The notes: a model not told the origin generated them from the sequence alone. DNA of 57,294 nt, filler included, from Dugesia japonica (GCA_001938525.1; 4 parts of 4 records of this genome joined end to end with filler, not necessarily neighbours in it), one strand, 5' to 3'. Shown: positions 22,703 to 35,585, counted from the whole stretch's first letter. Translations and numbers: made by a program.

Positions 22703-23050
22703 TTAATGGAATGAATTGTTCGACATGAGGTCTATTAATGTAACAAAAACTGGCACGTTTGAGTTAAGTGTTCTACAAGAAGAGCAAGGTACATTATCAG
22801 AGTTGGTGACATGAAAGTATTGGGTTATGCAAGCGAAGCAAAAGAAGTGTCCACAGGGTGCTATTCGGGGTAATATAGGCTGATCATAACATAAGGGATA
22901 TACGGGGTTTTCTTTGGTGAACAAGGTAATTACTGTCATGTCTTGCCACCAGTATTTGTAAGGATTTGTGAGGCTTCTGTGTTTTTCATATAGTGTTATG
23001 CGTGCTTTGTCTAATAAAAATAGTAGCTGAGATTGAAAATTGGAATTCAT
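22703..23050 (-). CDS. C3HC4 RING-finger protein (first Cys replaced by Tyr)
   Basis: YPLCYDQPILPRIAPCGHFFCFACITQYF..CSSC. ATG preceded by a pyrimidine-rich TTTTAG acceptor-like tract. Confidence 0.8.
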   Translation of the reverse strand: MNSNFQSQLLFLLDKARITLYEKHRSLTNPYKYWWQDMTVITLFTKENPVYPLCYDQPILPRIAPCGHFFCFACITQYFHVTNSDNVPCSSCRTLNSNVPVFVTLIDLMSNNSFH

Positions 23051-23128
23051 TCTAAAATATATAATATCAATAATAAGTATAAAGAGAGAAACTATAATAA
23101 CAATAACTAAATATAGATAATACGTATT

Positions 23129-25199
23129 TTAATCATTGTTAACGGACAGTGTAAATGTGGCACCCTTTTCTGTGACCGCAATGGTGTTAAGCAAAACATT
23201 TTCAACAATACACGTTAAGGCCTTCTTACTATCTTCTTTAATGGTTGTTAATCTAATGCGTTTCCTTCCAAATTGTAGTTGCATGTCTTTACTCGATATC
23301 CTTTTCAAAGTTATTTTTGCATTGCTAATATTTCCATCCCACTTATCTATTTTGAGGGCTCTATTCAAATTGATTGTGTCCGTACTATATATCAATTTGT
23401 GGTTCAGGACCGAGGTCATCACTGTCGCTATCCGTATGATACGATATTCCCTCGCAATCCCCTCGTACTTGATCTAAACTAAGATCTTCCACCTCCTCAC
23501 CTGACCAGTATTCAGTTTCACTTTCAGACTCCCTTTGTTCTCTTTGTGACATTGCCCGTTCTGGAATATCGTCATCCTCAGATGCGTCCATATCCGTTTG
23601 TACTACTCTACGATTTCGTAGTATCATATCATCAATCAGTCTCTGCTGCTCACCAGTGTCGTTATGCAGTCTAAGTTCTTCTGTTAAGTCTTCCTCGTCC
23701 CACTCTGTATCTATGTCATTATTCCAATTGTATTTACTATCTGTGCTTCCATCCGTCTCTTCTCCATTCTCTTCCATATCTGAATCTTGCTCAGAGTCTA
23801 ATATCCATACCACAGTATCTGGTTTCTCCTTTTCTCTAATCATGACTTCTTGCAATATTGGCACATTATTTTCTTTACATTGCATACCCGGATTACTACC
23901 AGAGTATATAGAATCTTTCCATGGTTGCTAAGTAATTATTTGTTTGTATGTAATCTTTATGAATGTTATCCGTTTGGCTGTCGATTCTTGCGCTTTTTCT
24001 CTCGCTGTTTTCAACATATCTCTGATGACTCTATCCTGCCCTATGGGTTTAAATATTGCTTCCATAAGGTTGATCAATTTTAACTTCTTTATATTTGGAG
24101 TATACATCTTACGCCACCTGCCTTCCGCAAGATCCCTGATACCAATAACATGTATGTGGTCAATGTGTAAACTCATTAGTTTATTTCCTAATTCAAAGCC
24201 AACTAGTATTTTAACGTACAGCAACTGTCGTGCCTTCAAAATTATAGGGTATGCATCTTTACATTTCTTTATCTTTTCATGGGTATACCCTGTACTTGGC
24301 GTGTCAAAATGCTTTATCCTTTCNCGTGTACATAGGGTTTCATCCAATATAATTTCTCCTTTATTGTTCAATATAGTCAACTCTACCACTTGCAAATTGA
24401 AATATGAATCCTTGACTGTTATCATATCTACATATACTATTAATTGGTCAATATCAGCTTCTGTTAAAATTGCATATTTTGGGAACGATGTGTGGTTAAT
24501 TAGGTCTATATAATTCACTGCGTAATGTCCTTTTATAGCAATATATGTAGGGAAAGGTACAAGAATACGATCATGATAAATAAACTCTACAAAAAGAACG
24601 GCTGGAACATCCTGTATTGCTGTTTTCATTTTGTTCACTCCTGGATCTATTTTTCTTTCTAATAGCAATGTGTTGTTTGCAAGCATATCTATCTCTCGTT
24701 TTTGGTATGAGAATCTAATAGGAGTTTTTGTAACATGTAATCTAATTTCCTTAAGTACTCGTTTTTCATTTATTAGTGCCGCTTGTGGATCTCTCTCTAT
24801 TTCTATATATCCAATTAATTGTTGTAGTGAGTATCTCTGAGCTTTCTGAAAGCGTATCATAATGATATCTTTATCAAAATTGTTGTTCTTTAAGACATTC
24901 GGGATTGTATTTACACACTTAAAAACGTCTATCCTAGGTTCACTATCTTTATCCTTGAACACAAAAGTTTGTATATGATTATAAAAATGTGCGACACCTT
25001 TTGTGACTAAGGATGAGGATGAAGGAATGTTTGTTGAATGTATTGATTTATTATGCATTGATTGTGCTAATTCGCTGTTTTTGTTATTTTGTCTTGTTAT
25101 GTTATGTTCTGCTTGCTTTTATTGATGTGTTTTCTGTTGTTGTAGCCGTATATTATCGTTTGATTGTCGAGTGTTCATATCATGTTGTTGTGACTGCAT
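23129..25199 (-). pseudogene. Multi-domain ORF: Q/N-rich region, unknown domain, inactive DEDDh (REX/ISG20-like) exonuclease fold, acidic tract, basic C-terminal region
   Basis: ORFs 23928-25058 and 23385-23885 share a frame and are separated by one TAG. The frame extends upstream to an ATG at ~25199 through one TAA. 23129-23422 overlaps in another frame (probable frameshift). Motifs VYVDMITV..VVELTILNNKGEIILD..TPSTGYT..ILVGFEL..IRDLA. Confidence 0.7.
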
Positions 25200-25370
25200 T
25201 ATTTACTGTGTAAACTAATGATGTTTTGTGATTAGTCTGTTTTATATTATGATTTGTTGATTGATCTGGCTTGTTTCTGATATCTTTTGTTGAAAGGTTA
25301 TTTCTAAAAGAATGGAATAATTAATGTTTGATTTTAAGGACTGACTAGTCCTATATACTGCTACATCTAC

Positions 25371-25470
25371 NNNNNNNNNNNNNNNNNNNNNNNNNNNNNN
25401 NNNNNNNNNNNNNNTTAATTAATTAANNNNNNNNNNNNNNNNNNNNNNNNNNNNNNNNNNNNNNNNNNNN
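25371..25470. other. Artificial contig linker
   Basis: N44-TTAATTAATTAA-N44. Confidence 0.95.
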
Positions 25471-26310
25471 ATCCGAAAGAATCAAAAAAAATGAATTTCT
25501 TGATGAAATATTTGGTAAAGTTCTTTAACCAAAATCCTCCAGCAGCAGCAATCGAGATTTATAAAGAAAAGAAAATAAAGATTGCAAATAGATTCGACTT
25601 TAATTACTGATATGAAAAACCTGAAGTAAATAATATTAAAGAATTCAACATGAAGGTGTAGGCTTTATCAATCACATTAGAAAATCAACGGCAATGTCGT
25701 GTTGAAAGAAATAAAAATAATGATATATTTTTTTATTAATTATTTTTAGTTTAGATGCAGTTTCTTAAGAGAAAAGTCCGATAGATCATCAAGTGTTATG
25801 GCTATAAAAACAATATATTTTCTTTGTATTTGATGTTGCTATTAAATAAAATTTATTTATTAAAATTGTATTTTTTATTTTTATCATATTATATTTAATT
25901 TAAACATGTTATTTTTATTAATTTGATTGAGTTCTGAAACATGACAATTAAACTCAAAATTTTCAATCATTTATTCTATTATTGAATCTAGGTTCATAGG
26001 TAATTATAAAAAATGAAACATAAAATTTAACTTTGTTTATACACATAAAATATGATTATGTTATAAAAATAAATAAAAAATAACAATAATAAAAAATTCT
26101 ATCTTTTTTGGTCCTAAAAGAGAACCTAAAAAAATAAACAATCACAATTTTGTGGCCCTAATGAAGACCGGTTTGAAGATACATTTTCTTTCTTTCTAAA
26201 ATAGAAATGATTAAATAATTAACATCATAAAATAAATACATATCTCTGCTTTAGCTATTATTCTTAATGATGCCGGATCAAACTGATGGTCTTATGAGAA
26301 AAGGTAATTT

Positions 26311-27010
26311 TTATTTGATTTTATAGTGCCTATAAAGTACACTTTCATTTTCCTCTAACCAGTACTTCTTATCATCACTGTTACTTAATGCTATTTTCTT
26401 TGATTTTGTACTAAACTGTTGATGATTTTTCGAGACAATTCTAAATTGTTCGACTGATATTTTTTATTTATTATTATAACAGTCAGCATATATCTGATGG
26501 TTGATGCTGTAATTTTTCTGTGTTACACCTTTTTCTTTCAATGTTTCTTTCTCACTCAGCAGGATGTAGCCCTTTGGTCTTGAAAATATTCATACTATAC
26601 TTCATACTATACTTCTGCACCTTAATTTTGTCTTTGAATTTTCCAATGATGGAATTCAGATGATTTCTATAGAGGGGATGTTCTTTACTGTGATTTTATT
26701 TATCAAGTAATCCGTCTTTCTTTATTAATCCGGTAGGTTTTTCTAGGCTTTTATTTATTAATTCTAGAAAAAAAGCTGTCAGTATTGCAAGCTTTAATAT
26801 TAATTTTACAGTTTTCTTCTTTTTTGTACTTCTCGAGCTCAATATTCTGGAGCTGGTAAATCCGTAATTTACTCAAGTCCAGTACAAATACACTAATATA
26901 ACTTAGGCGATTAAAACACACTGAATCTTTATTCATTAAAACCGCTATTAGGTCTTCATCAATATTGAAACATTTCTGGAAGCTGGGTTTGTATGCTTTT
27001 CGAGATTTTT
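26311..27010 (-). pseudogene. Polinton pPolB C-terminal remnant
   Basis: YISVFVLDLSKLRIY..CNTDSFF..GKFKD..KIALSNSDDKKYWLEENESVLYRHYKIK*. Resembles the C-terminus of 52348-55850. Confidence 0.85.
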
Positions 27011-27747
27011 GTTTATATTTTTTAGGTTAGGTCGAACGCAATAAGTGGTTGAGACTTAATTAATTTCTTTATGTGAAATAATTATATTAAATTATGTCAC
27101 ATTTATATTGTATTCCTAATTGGGAATTAATTTTTATTATTTTGTTAAGTTTTGTTTATTATTTTAATGATTATTTTATTTGTGTGTAGGAAATTATGTA
27201 GGCCCAAAGAGAGTCACCAAAAAAGATTTGTAGGGACACTTTGGGTGTAGGATGTAAAATATATGTCAACTAGAAAAGAAATTATATATAAACTTTACTA
27301 ACAAATTTTTTACTAAAATAGGAAGATAAAAATAAGTGAAAGAAAAGTTAACTGAAATAAACTTTAAACAAATTTTATTAACAAGATAAAATATTTACTA
27401 TTTTTAATTAATTGTTAATCGATTCTTCTTTTATCAATTCTCCTTATTCAATTTATTCTTTTCTGGTAGCTGCCAAGAACTTTTAATTTAAATTCTCTAA
27501 ATTTTAAATTCCAAACTTTTTATTCAATTTATTCTTTTCTGTTGGAAGCCAAAATTTCAATTTGATTATTCCTATTAAAATTTTATTGGAAATTACCGAG
27601 TTTTTTTAATTCAAAATTTTCATTTAACATTTTAAATTCTGCATTTTGGCCGTTGCCAAGATTTTTAATTTAATTTTTGTAATAACATTTAAAATTCTGC
27701 AATCCATATTTATTACTGACATTTTTATTCATTTCATATTTTTAATC

Positions 27748-27753
<6 letters not shown>

Positions 27754-27816
<63 letters not shown>

Positions 27817-27866
27817 NNNNNNNNNNNNNNNNNNNNNNNNNNNNNNNNNNNNNNNNNNNNNNNNNN

Positions 27867-27935
<69 letters not shown>
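27754..27935. repeat. (AAT)n microsatellite
   Basis: Direct read, spans an N gap. Confidence 0.97.
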
Positions 27936-27936
<1 letters not shown>

Positions 27937-28039
27937 AAAAAATTTACAATTACATATAATAATAAAGAAAATAAATAAAAGTACATAACAATATTGATAT
28001 CTATATTGTTTATATTTGATGTAGAAATCAGTAAATACA

Positions 28040-28991
28040 TTGAATACTAAATAATTATTTGAACTACTTCATTAGTTCATTAGTATCATGTTCTTCTATC
28101 CATACCAATTTCAGTAGTAGAAAATTAGCATCTTCTACAACAATAGGTTCAGCAATTCTAATATAAATGAACATTTGATTATAACACTTTAATATTCTAA
28201 GTTTCTTATTACTTTTATATTGCAGTTCTTGATACATCAACGCGTATTCGAGTATATTTTGATTTTTTTAATCGTAATGACTTTGCTAAGATTTTTTCTA
28301 ATTTAACACGTTTAGTTCTACTTGATAATATAAATTCAAAAAGTTGATGTTGTTTTAATATAAAAGTGTTAAATAGCTTTGAAAGGCCTTTATTTACATA
28401 TTTATTTAGTTAATTTATATATTTTGTATACAATTCGGATTCCAATTAGATGTAAAGTTTAGTTATAGAGACATAATAATACTTAATTTTTATTTTTCCA
28501 ACAGAATTATTCTTTTTAAAATACTCAAAGAGAATAGAAACCTTTTTCTCAACCAAATTTACACTATTATCCAATGTCATTCTTTGTGTTTTACTAAATG
28601 CAAATCTTTTCAAGTTTTGAAAAATTTCAAACGTTAATTTGTTCATTCTAATATAACTAGAAAAAAATAAAGCATTATTTTTTATTGTTATATCTTATTC
28701 ATTATAATGTTTATATTCTTCCTTACTAGTCACATTAAAAAACATTGTTTTTTCTATGTTATTAACATAAATTAAATTCTCAATGGGTTTAAATAATTCA
28801 TAATCAATCTTTGATTGACTGAAAATTGGTATGAATGAATACACAAAGTTGAAATTCATCATGGCTACTTCCCAACTACCATACATGTAAATTGAATTTT
28901 GTAGGTCAACAATGTAATTACTACCAGTGCTATTCGAATGAACAAGCTGATTACTATTGATTGGTAAAAGTTTATTGAAATTATTTCTCAT
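28040..28991 (-). pseudogene. Polinton minor capsid (penton-like) protein
   Basis: MRNNFNKLLPINSN..SNYIVDLQNSIYMYGSWEVAMMNF and later HLYIRIAEPIVVEDANFLLL. Paralog of 17798-18220. Confidence 0.78.
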
Positions 28992-29990
28992 TTAACTAAT
29001 TACGAAGCTAATATCCAAGTAAGATTTTCATACCCATGTCACTTTACATAATATTGTTTATTCTATTTTATTCCTTTCGATTTTAGAATTTTTTATATTC
29101 TAAATATTGTAGGTGGCGCAATCCTTTGCCATTCTTGCTCATAATACTTTCCTTGAATGATATTATTCACATGATTTTTAATGACATACATGACTGGGTT
29201 TTGTTTCGTATTTGTTTTTGTTATTTGAAAGACCTCATCACTCAAATTAATATCAAAATTCTTAATGAATGGAGAAACTGTTATCTTTGAGACTCTAACA
29301 TGATCACTAACTTTATCTTTTGGTTTTTTAAATGTATTTTGTTGTTGTTATGTTAACAACAACTTTGCCTGACTATTTAAGCCTACATCCATAGGTTTTC
29401 CTCTTTTTAAGTCTTTATGACTTGAATAATTATAACTATGAATAAGTTTTGGTAAAACATTTATTCAGGTTTTATTTCCAGTGAGAGCAAATTACTTTAT
29501 TAAAGCTTCACGTAATGTACGATTAAATCTCATTACATGTGCAACTTTATATTGTGAAAATACAATGGTCTATGTTTAAATGTTTAAGAAGATTTTTAAC
29601 TTTATAATAGCAAAACTCCCGTGTCTTTTAGTAAATTATCATAATTTACATCTTTCCAGGATAACTTGATTACAGTTTCCATATCAGCAGCTGATTTTGT
29701 CTTGACTGGAACAGCTCTCACAAATCTGTTAAATACATGATTGCATGTTAAAATTTATTTGAACCCTTTATTAATTTTCGAATATGGAATTATTTCCATC
29801 AAATCCATTTGCCATAAATCATCAATACCAAAGGTTTTATACGTTCTTGTTGAAAATTCTTTCAACATTGGTTTGTTCAAACTGTAAGCTTATTGGCTCG
29901 ATAACCATTTTTGGATCTGCTTTTTGATATTTGTGCTACCTTTCAGTGCTACATATTCTGTAGATTTTCCTTTACAACAACTGGATAAAA
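28990..29990 (-). pseudogene. Polinton retroviral-like integrase with chromodomain
   Basis: KWLSSQ*AYSLNKP..GIDDLWQMDL..FNRTLRE..GDHVRVSK-like..EVFQI..GKYYEQE..QYYVK*HGY. Confidence 0.9.
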
Positions 29991-30419
29991 ATTTTAAATT
30001 AAAATCAGGCAATGATAATAAAAAATTATGGAAATGATTGTAAACTCTTCATTTTCAAAGACTTTGAAGCCTTAACCAATCAATTAAAAAACAGAATACT
30101 TTGTTGTAATTTCATTTTTATTAAATATTAATAATACATACCTATCTTTGTTTATAATGATATCCATTTTCCGTTTACTTTCGAAATTTTTTTTCTATAC
30201 ATTTTGGATTGCTTTTTAAACTGGTTAATACCGATCAATTTTTTAAAACATATTTTTAAACTGAACTTTTGGGTTTCAAACTTGTATCATGTTTCAAACA
30301 TTGTTCGGTTTTTGAACTTTATTTGGTTTTTGACCTTTGTTCAGCCTTGAAACTAGATTTCAGTTGATGAACTATTACTTTTTTAAATTGCAACATTTTA
30401 TATAAAATAATTAATTAAT

Positions 30420-31028
30420 TTGTTTATACACTATAATACCATTAGTATTGAAAATTTCAGTTTGCACTTAAATTTCTCTGGACATTGTTGTGTAAAGTTG
30501 AGAAAAAGATATTCGTGAGTATTTACTGTTGCATTTTGAAATAGCTCAATAAGAAGTTGTCTATTATAAGAGTGTGTTTGTCTTGCTAGTAAATCAACGA
30601 CTCTTTAGTCCTTTGGAATTTTAAATGGAACCAAGTATTGCAAATTTAAATTACGTGTTTGATGATTTCCTCTTTGATGAAAATAAATTCTGAGTAATAA
30701 ATGTTATAGTCACATTACAATATCTAGATATATTTGTGAATAAATTAAGAAACTCTTATTCCTTATTTGCTTTATAATACAGATTATCTATTTTAATTAC
30801 ATCACCAGTTTTACATCTCTTGCTCTAATTAGAAACGAACACATTTGTGATTCTCATTTTATATTGCAGAATTCAGATTTTGTTATCTTCATCTCCACAT
30901 CTATGCCAGTATATTTTGTTGAAATTTGATTTAAATAACTTTGATTTTAATAATTCACAGACATTTAAGGTTTTTCCACTGCAGATAGAACCAAAGATTT
31001 GAAAAACAGCATCATTTTTCAACTCCAT
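30420..31028 (-). pseudogene. Polinton A32/FtsK-like packaging ATPase
   Basis: Walker A GSICSGKT, degenerate Walker B (VIKIDN), SRYCNVTITFITQNLF, RNLNLQY. Confidence 0.88.
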
Positions 31029-31699
31029 GTTTTATATTAGTTGTGCGTATTACTATTATTTATATTAATATCTTTATATTACTTCATTAACACAAAATAA
31101 ATCGATTCTAGTCCTTCAGATAATGTATTGTCGGTTTTGACTTTTCTATCGACTAGTATCAAAAAATAAATAGCTGTAATGGGAAAATTTCTCTGTATAG
31201 GGTTTTGACAATTATCGATTTTGATATTGATTTATCCATGTTTTAAATATCATACCAAAATACGTCATCTATTACTAAGTTGACCTAATCAGATAAATAT
31301 TACATATACTGAAGGAATTTCTCGTGAAATATATATTTAATGAGTTAATTAAAACAGTAAAATAGCAAAGATATGTAAAATTAGAAATTTTAAAATTATG
31401 ACATAAAAACAAACAAGATCGATACTAGTCCTATTGGCAAAAAAGTGGTTTTATGAATATCGATTAGCACATTTGGCATATTTAAACGAAAAAAAACACC
31501 CATATGTTGCATGTGTACAATCCGCGTGCATAGATACCAAAATTGATTGAATCAGAAAAATTACTACCTGTTTTTAAAAATTTTAAAAACTTTTTAAAAT
31601 TTATCGATCTGATTTTAACAATTTTTTACCCATTAAAACAAAAATTATTTTCCAACACAAAAAATATATAAATATTGGCATCACCAGGTATCTGTTGTT

Positions 31700-32047
31700 A
31701 AAGAGGGTGTGGTGTCATGCGCTACTATATGCCTATTGTTATTTTGTTAGTCTTATATCCACATCCAAAGTTGTGCGCAATAAATATAAGATATATATAA
31801 ATATAAGATAATATGGAAAATCGCCATTTAAGGCTATACGTATATCAAGGTTATAAATATATCAACATATTTATTTTCATTAACATAAATGTTTTGATCA
31901 AAATTGGTTTTTTATGTTTTAGGAATTGACTTTTACAAAGTCGACGAAAAAAAAGTTGAAAAATAGAATAATTATCAATAACAAAATAAAACAAATCAAT
32001 TTTTATTTTAATGAATTCTGAAAAACGATCAATGGTTACGTCTAACA
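31700..32047 (+). mobile_element. Candidate polypurine tract + LTR (31713-32047)
   Basis: AAAGAGGGTGTGG followed by TGTCA..., TATAAATA (~31852), AATAAA (~31985), ends TAACA. Confidence 0.45.
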
Positions 32048-32434
32048 ATTATTCTCGCAATAATTGCAATTGTAAAACAATATTTATTTTGTTTGACACT
32101 CGACGATTTTTCTTTGTTATTAATTGTAATATTTAAATCATTTAATATATTGCTCTGTGTCATAAAAGGAATTTTTGATTTGCTATACGCTGGAAATGAA
32201 AAATATACAGAGATAAAATATTGCAATGCTACTTCCCACTGATCATCTAAATAAATCGGGTTTTAAAGCTCAACAATTAATTTATTAGCTGTTTAAGTGT
32301 ACAACTATAACTCGGTACAATTGTATGGAAATTATGTGATATTATCTGATCTTTTTTCTTCATCTTCCTCTTGATTAACTATCTGCAATGCTTATATTCA
32401 GCTAGGATTTTCCTATCCACGCCACTTTACATAG

Positions 32435-34091
32435 TGTAGTATTAAATTGAGAAAATAATTTATTAAATATATTAAAATATTTCCTGAATCCAATCAATTG
32501 GTTCACACAAGTAGATGCAGCATTCGAACTTTCCAACATTCGCAATTTCAAAACAAAGTATTTTCATCTGCTCACCAGTTTGCCTCCAGATATTTTGGAA
32601 ATAGTGTCATATGATTTGAATCCACATTGCAATGATCCTTATGAAAATCTAAAACAAGCCATATTAGCGAAAACGTCATTGTCAATGACTCAGATAATCG
32701 ATCGGCTTACAAATTCAAAAAGAATTATATAAGCGTCCATCTCAAACTTTATTGGAGCTTACACAATGCTTCAAAATTTTGCACTCTGGTGAAAATCCAG
32801 AAACATCAAACCTTCTCAGACACAGATTTATGTAGTCAGTGCCAATCAATATTCGACATCATTTGGTATAATACCAAACTAAAAGAAATTAAACATATTT
32901 CACTCTCGGACCTTGTCAAAAGCCAGAAAGACAATCAATTTCTCAAAGACATAAAAAGTCACTCTAAGAAACTGAAAATATCTAAGGAAGGTGTTCTGAT
33001 TGATACTTTGAAGGCTAGCACGAGAATCGTTCTGCCGGAGTGTTTTCGCTTTAATGAATTCGAAAGACTCCATAATATGTGTCATCCAAAATCAAATGCA
33101 ACAATCAGATTACTAACAAGTCAATATGTTTGGCCTGGTATGAAATTCCAAATTTGTAAATGGTGCAGATATTCTCAGATATGTCAAGCTAATAAAATTA
33201 CTAGGCACACAAAAGCACCGTTAAGATCTATTCCGAATCTAGGGAAATTCAAAGTATTGCACATAGATTTGGTTGGTCCTTTACCAATCATTAAAAACAA
33301 AAGGTTTATACTAACAATTATTGATCGTTATACTTAATGGGGACAGGTCGTGACTCTGAATGAAATTACATCCGAATCCGTGCTAAAAGCCTTAACAAAG
33401 AATGGATATCTCGCTTTGGAGTACCAGAGATTATAGTAAACGACAATGGTAGACTATTTATAACTGAAAAATTTAACGATTTCGGCACTAATTTTGGATT
33501 TGAACATAGGCATACAACACCATATCACCCACAGTTCAATGGGAAAATAGTTCTCTAAAGAATGCTCTCCAAACTCAAGGAACTAATGCTAAACGTAGTT
33601 GCTTAGAAAATCTTCCATTAACAATGTTAGGAATCCGTAAGGCAGTGGATGAAGATTCAGAGTTATCACCATACCAAACAGTTTTTAGGACGAATATCTG
33701 TTTACCAGGTGATATTGTTGTACCATCATGCTCTGACAGACAAACAATGGTTCCAACAGAATTTCGAAACAGCTGTTTCAGATCACATGGAGTCACCAAA
33801 ACTTTCATGACACAAGGAATTGATAAATGTAAATTTGTATGGATCAAACGCAAATTAAGAGGACCACTACAGCTAGTATACGAAGGTCTATATCTGGTGA
33901 CTTGGAGAAATTAGGATGGGAATGTTATTGAAGTAATGCGATGATGACAAGCAGAGCGCATTTCCGCAGACAAAATTCGTCCAGCCTTTATCTTAAATGC
34001 TCCTCCATCTGACTGGTGGAGTGATGTAGTATTAAATTCAGAAAATAATTAATTAAATATATTAAATATTTAATTAATTTTGTTTATATCA
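32435..34091 (+). mobile_element. Internally deleted Ty3/Gypsy element (family B, CsRn1-like): LTR stub, gag, integrase, PPT, 3' LTR
   Basis: LTR start TGTAGTATTAAATT at 32435 and 34025, PPT CTGGTGGAGTGA, gag WFTQVDAAF..KYFHLLTSLPPD..PYENLKQAIL, integrase LHNMCHP..WPGMK..CQ, HIDLVGPLP, IIDRYT. PR/RT/RNase H are absent. Confidence 0.92.
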
Positions 34092-34191
34092 NNNNNNNNN
34101 NNNNNNNNNNNNNNNNNNNNNNNNNNNNNNNNNNNTTAATTAATTAANNNNNNNNNNNNNNNNNNNNNNNNNNNNNNNNNNNNNNNNNNNN
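34092..34191. other. Artificial contig linker
   Basis: N44-TTAATTAATTAA-N44. Confidence 0.95.
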
Positions 34192-34610
34192 ATATATCCT
34201 TTAAAGTCACTAAAAATCAAAAAGAACCATATACTATATACAATAAACCATATATAGCCACTAAATACATACACATTAAACCCTATTAAGTTAAAAATTA
34301 CACACAATAAACCATAACGCGTCATATAATACACTCAATAATAGAGTCTTATACACACATGAAAACAATAAGTCTTATGCAAAATAAATCGACTGATTTT
34401 TATACATAAAATAAACCCCATAAAGTCTCTTAATTACACGCACTAAACCTAATAAAAGTATATAATGCACTCACTAAGCCTTATTTAAGTTTCTTAGGTA
34501 CACATAGTAAATCGAAGAAGGTCTTACACACACACAAGAAACTAATTGGTATTGTAAACACTATAAACTCAATAAAGTCTCTTAATTACACATAGTAAAC
34601 CCAATAATAT
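34192..34610. repeat. Degenerate ~35-45 bp tandem repeat (TAAACCCAATAAAGTCTCTTAATTACAC-like)
   Basis: Recurrent taaacc/aagtct/tacac motifs. Similar units resume at ~35640-35690 after the mariner. Confidence 0.65.
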
Positions 34611-34624
34611 ATATATATATATAT

Positions 34625-35585
34625 TGTTATAAAGTTTTGAAAATGAAAAGGTTAATTTAACAATATAACAAAAAGTTAGAAGTCATTTTAATATTTTATC
34701 TTTAATACTAACATATTTATAATAGCATTACCATATGTAAAGGCATTTCTTTAAATTACTTATTTTTATTTGACTGGCCGACATTAATTTTAAAATGGAA
34801 AAAATCGAATATAGAACGATCATAAAATTCTTTGTCCTGGAAGAATTATTCACAATGGAAATTCATATAAAGATGGTCAGAGTATTAAAAGAAGGTGCTC
34901 CTTCTTTTTCAACAGTTTACCGATGGGTTTTGAATTTTCAACGTGGTCATACGATGATTGAAGATGATCTTCGCAGTGGACGTTTAAAAAGCAGGACAAC
35001 ACCAGAAATCATTCAAGAAATACATGATATTGTGTTGGATGATTGACGAATAAAGGTTGGAGAAATAGCTTCTACCACAGACATTTCAAATGAATGAGTT
35101 TGGCGTATTTTGTATAAAGATTTGATTATGAAAAAGCCTNGTGCAAGATGGGCGCTGCATCTGCTAACAATCGATGAAAAGCACATTCAAATGCAATTCT
35201 ATCTATCATGCCTAGATAGATTTAATCATAATAAAAAGGATTTTTTGAGTAGTCCTGTAACTATGGATGTAACCTGAATTCACCACTACACACCAGAGAC
35301 AAAAGCACAATCCAAACAGTGGATGGAAGCTGGTTTGAATGAGCTAAAGAAGGCCAAATTCTTATCTGAAAAGCGTTTTCGTGACAACAAATAAGCGATT
35401 GATGCTATAGACAGCTACTTTGCAAGCCTTGATGAAAGTTATTACAACCAAGGAATCCAGTTGCTAGAAAAACGTTGGACTAAATGTGTTCAGTTAAAGG
35501 AAATTTTGTAGAAAACGAATGTAATTTTTGAAAAATAAATGTTGTTTAATTCTTTTCATTTTCAAAATCTTTTAAACAGCTCTCG
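34625..35585 (+). mobile_element. Mariner transposon, defective and internally deleted
   Basis: Transposase from 34795 (MEKIEYRTIIKFF..TVYRW..DDLRSGR; WALHLLT; MDVT*IHHYTPE; GIQLLEKRWTKC). TIR ttttgaaaatgaaaag / cttttcattttcaaaa..cagctctcg|TA, inserted in (TA)n. Confidence 0.93.

Noticed and set aside
23136-24840. Plus-strand ORFs (e.g. 23944-24513, 189 aa)
   Set aside because: Antisense shadows of the minus-strand cassette.
27646-28040. Poly-N/Y/L ORFs (also poly-I/Y ORFs near 46000, 50100-50400, 56230-56750)
   Set aside because: Translations of (AAT)n microsatellites and N gaps.
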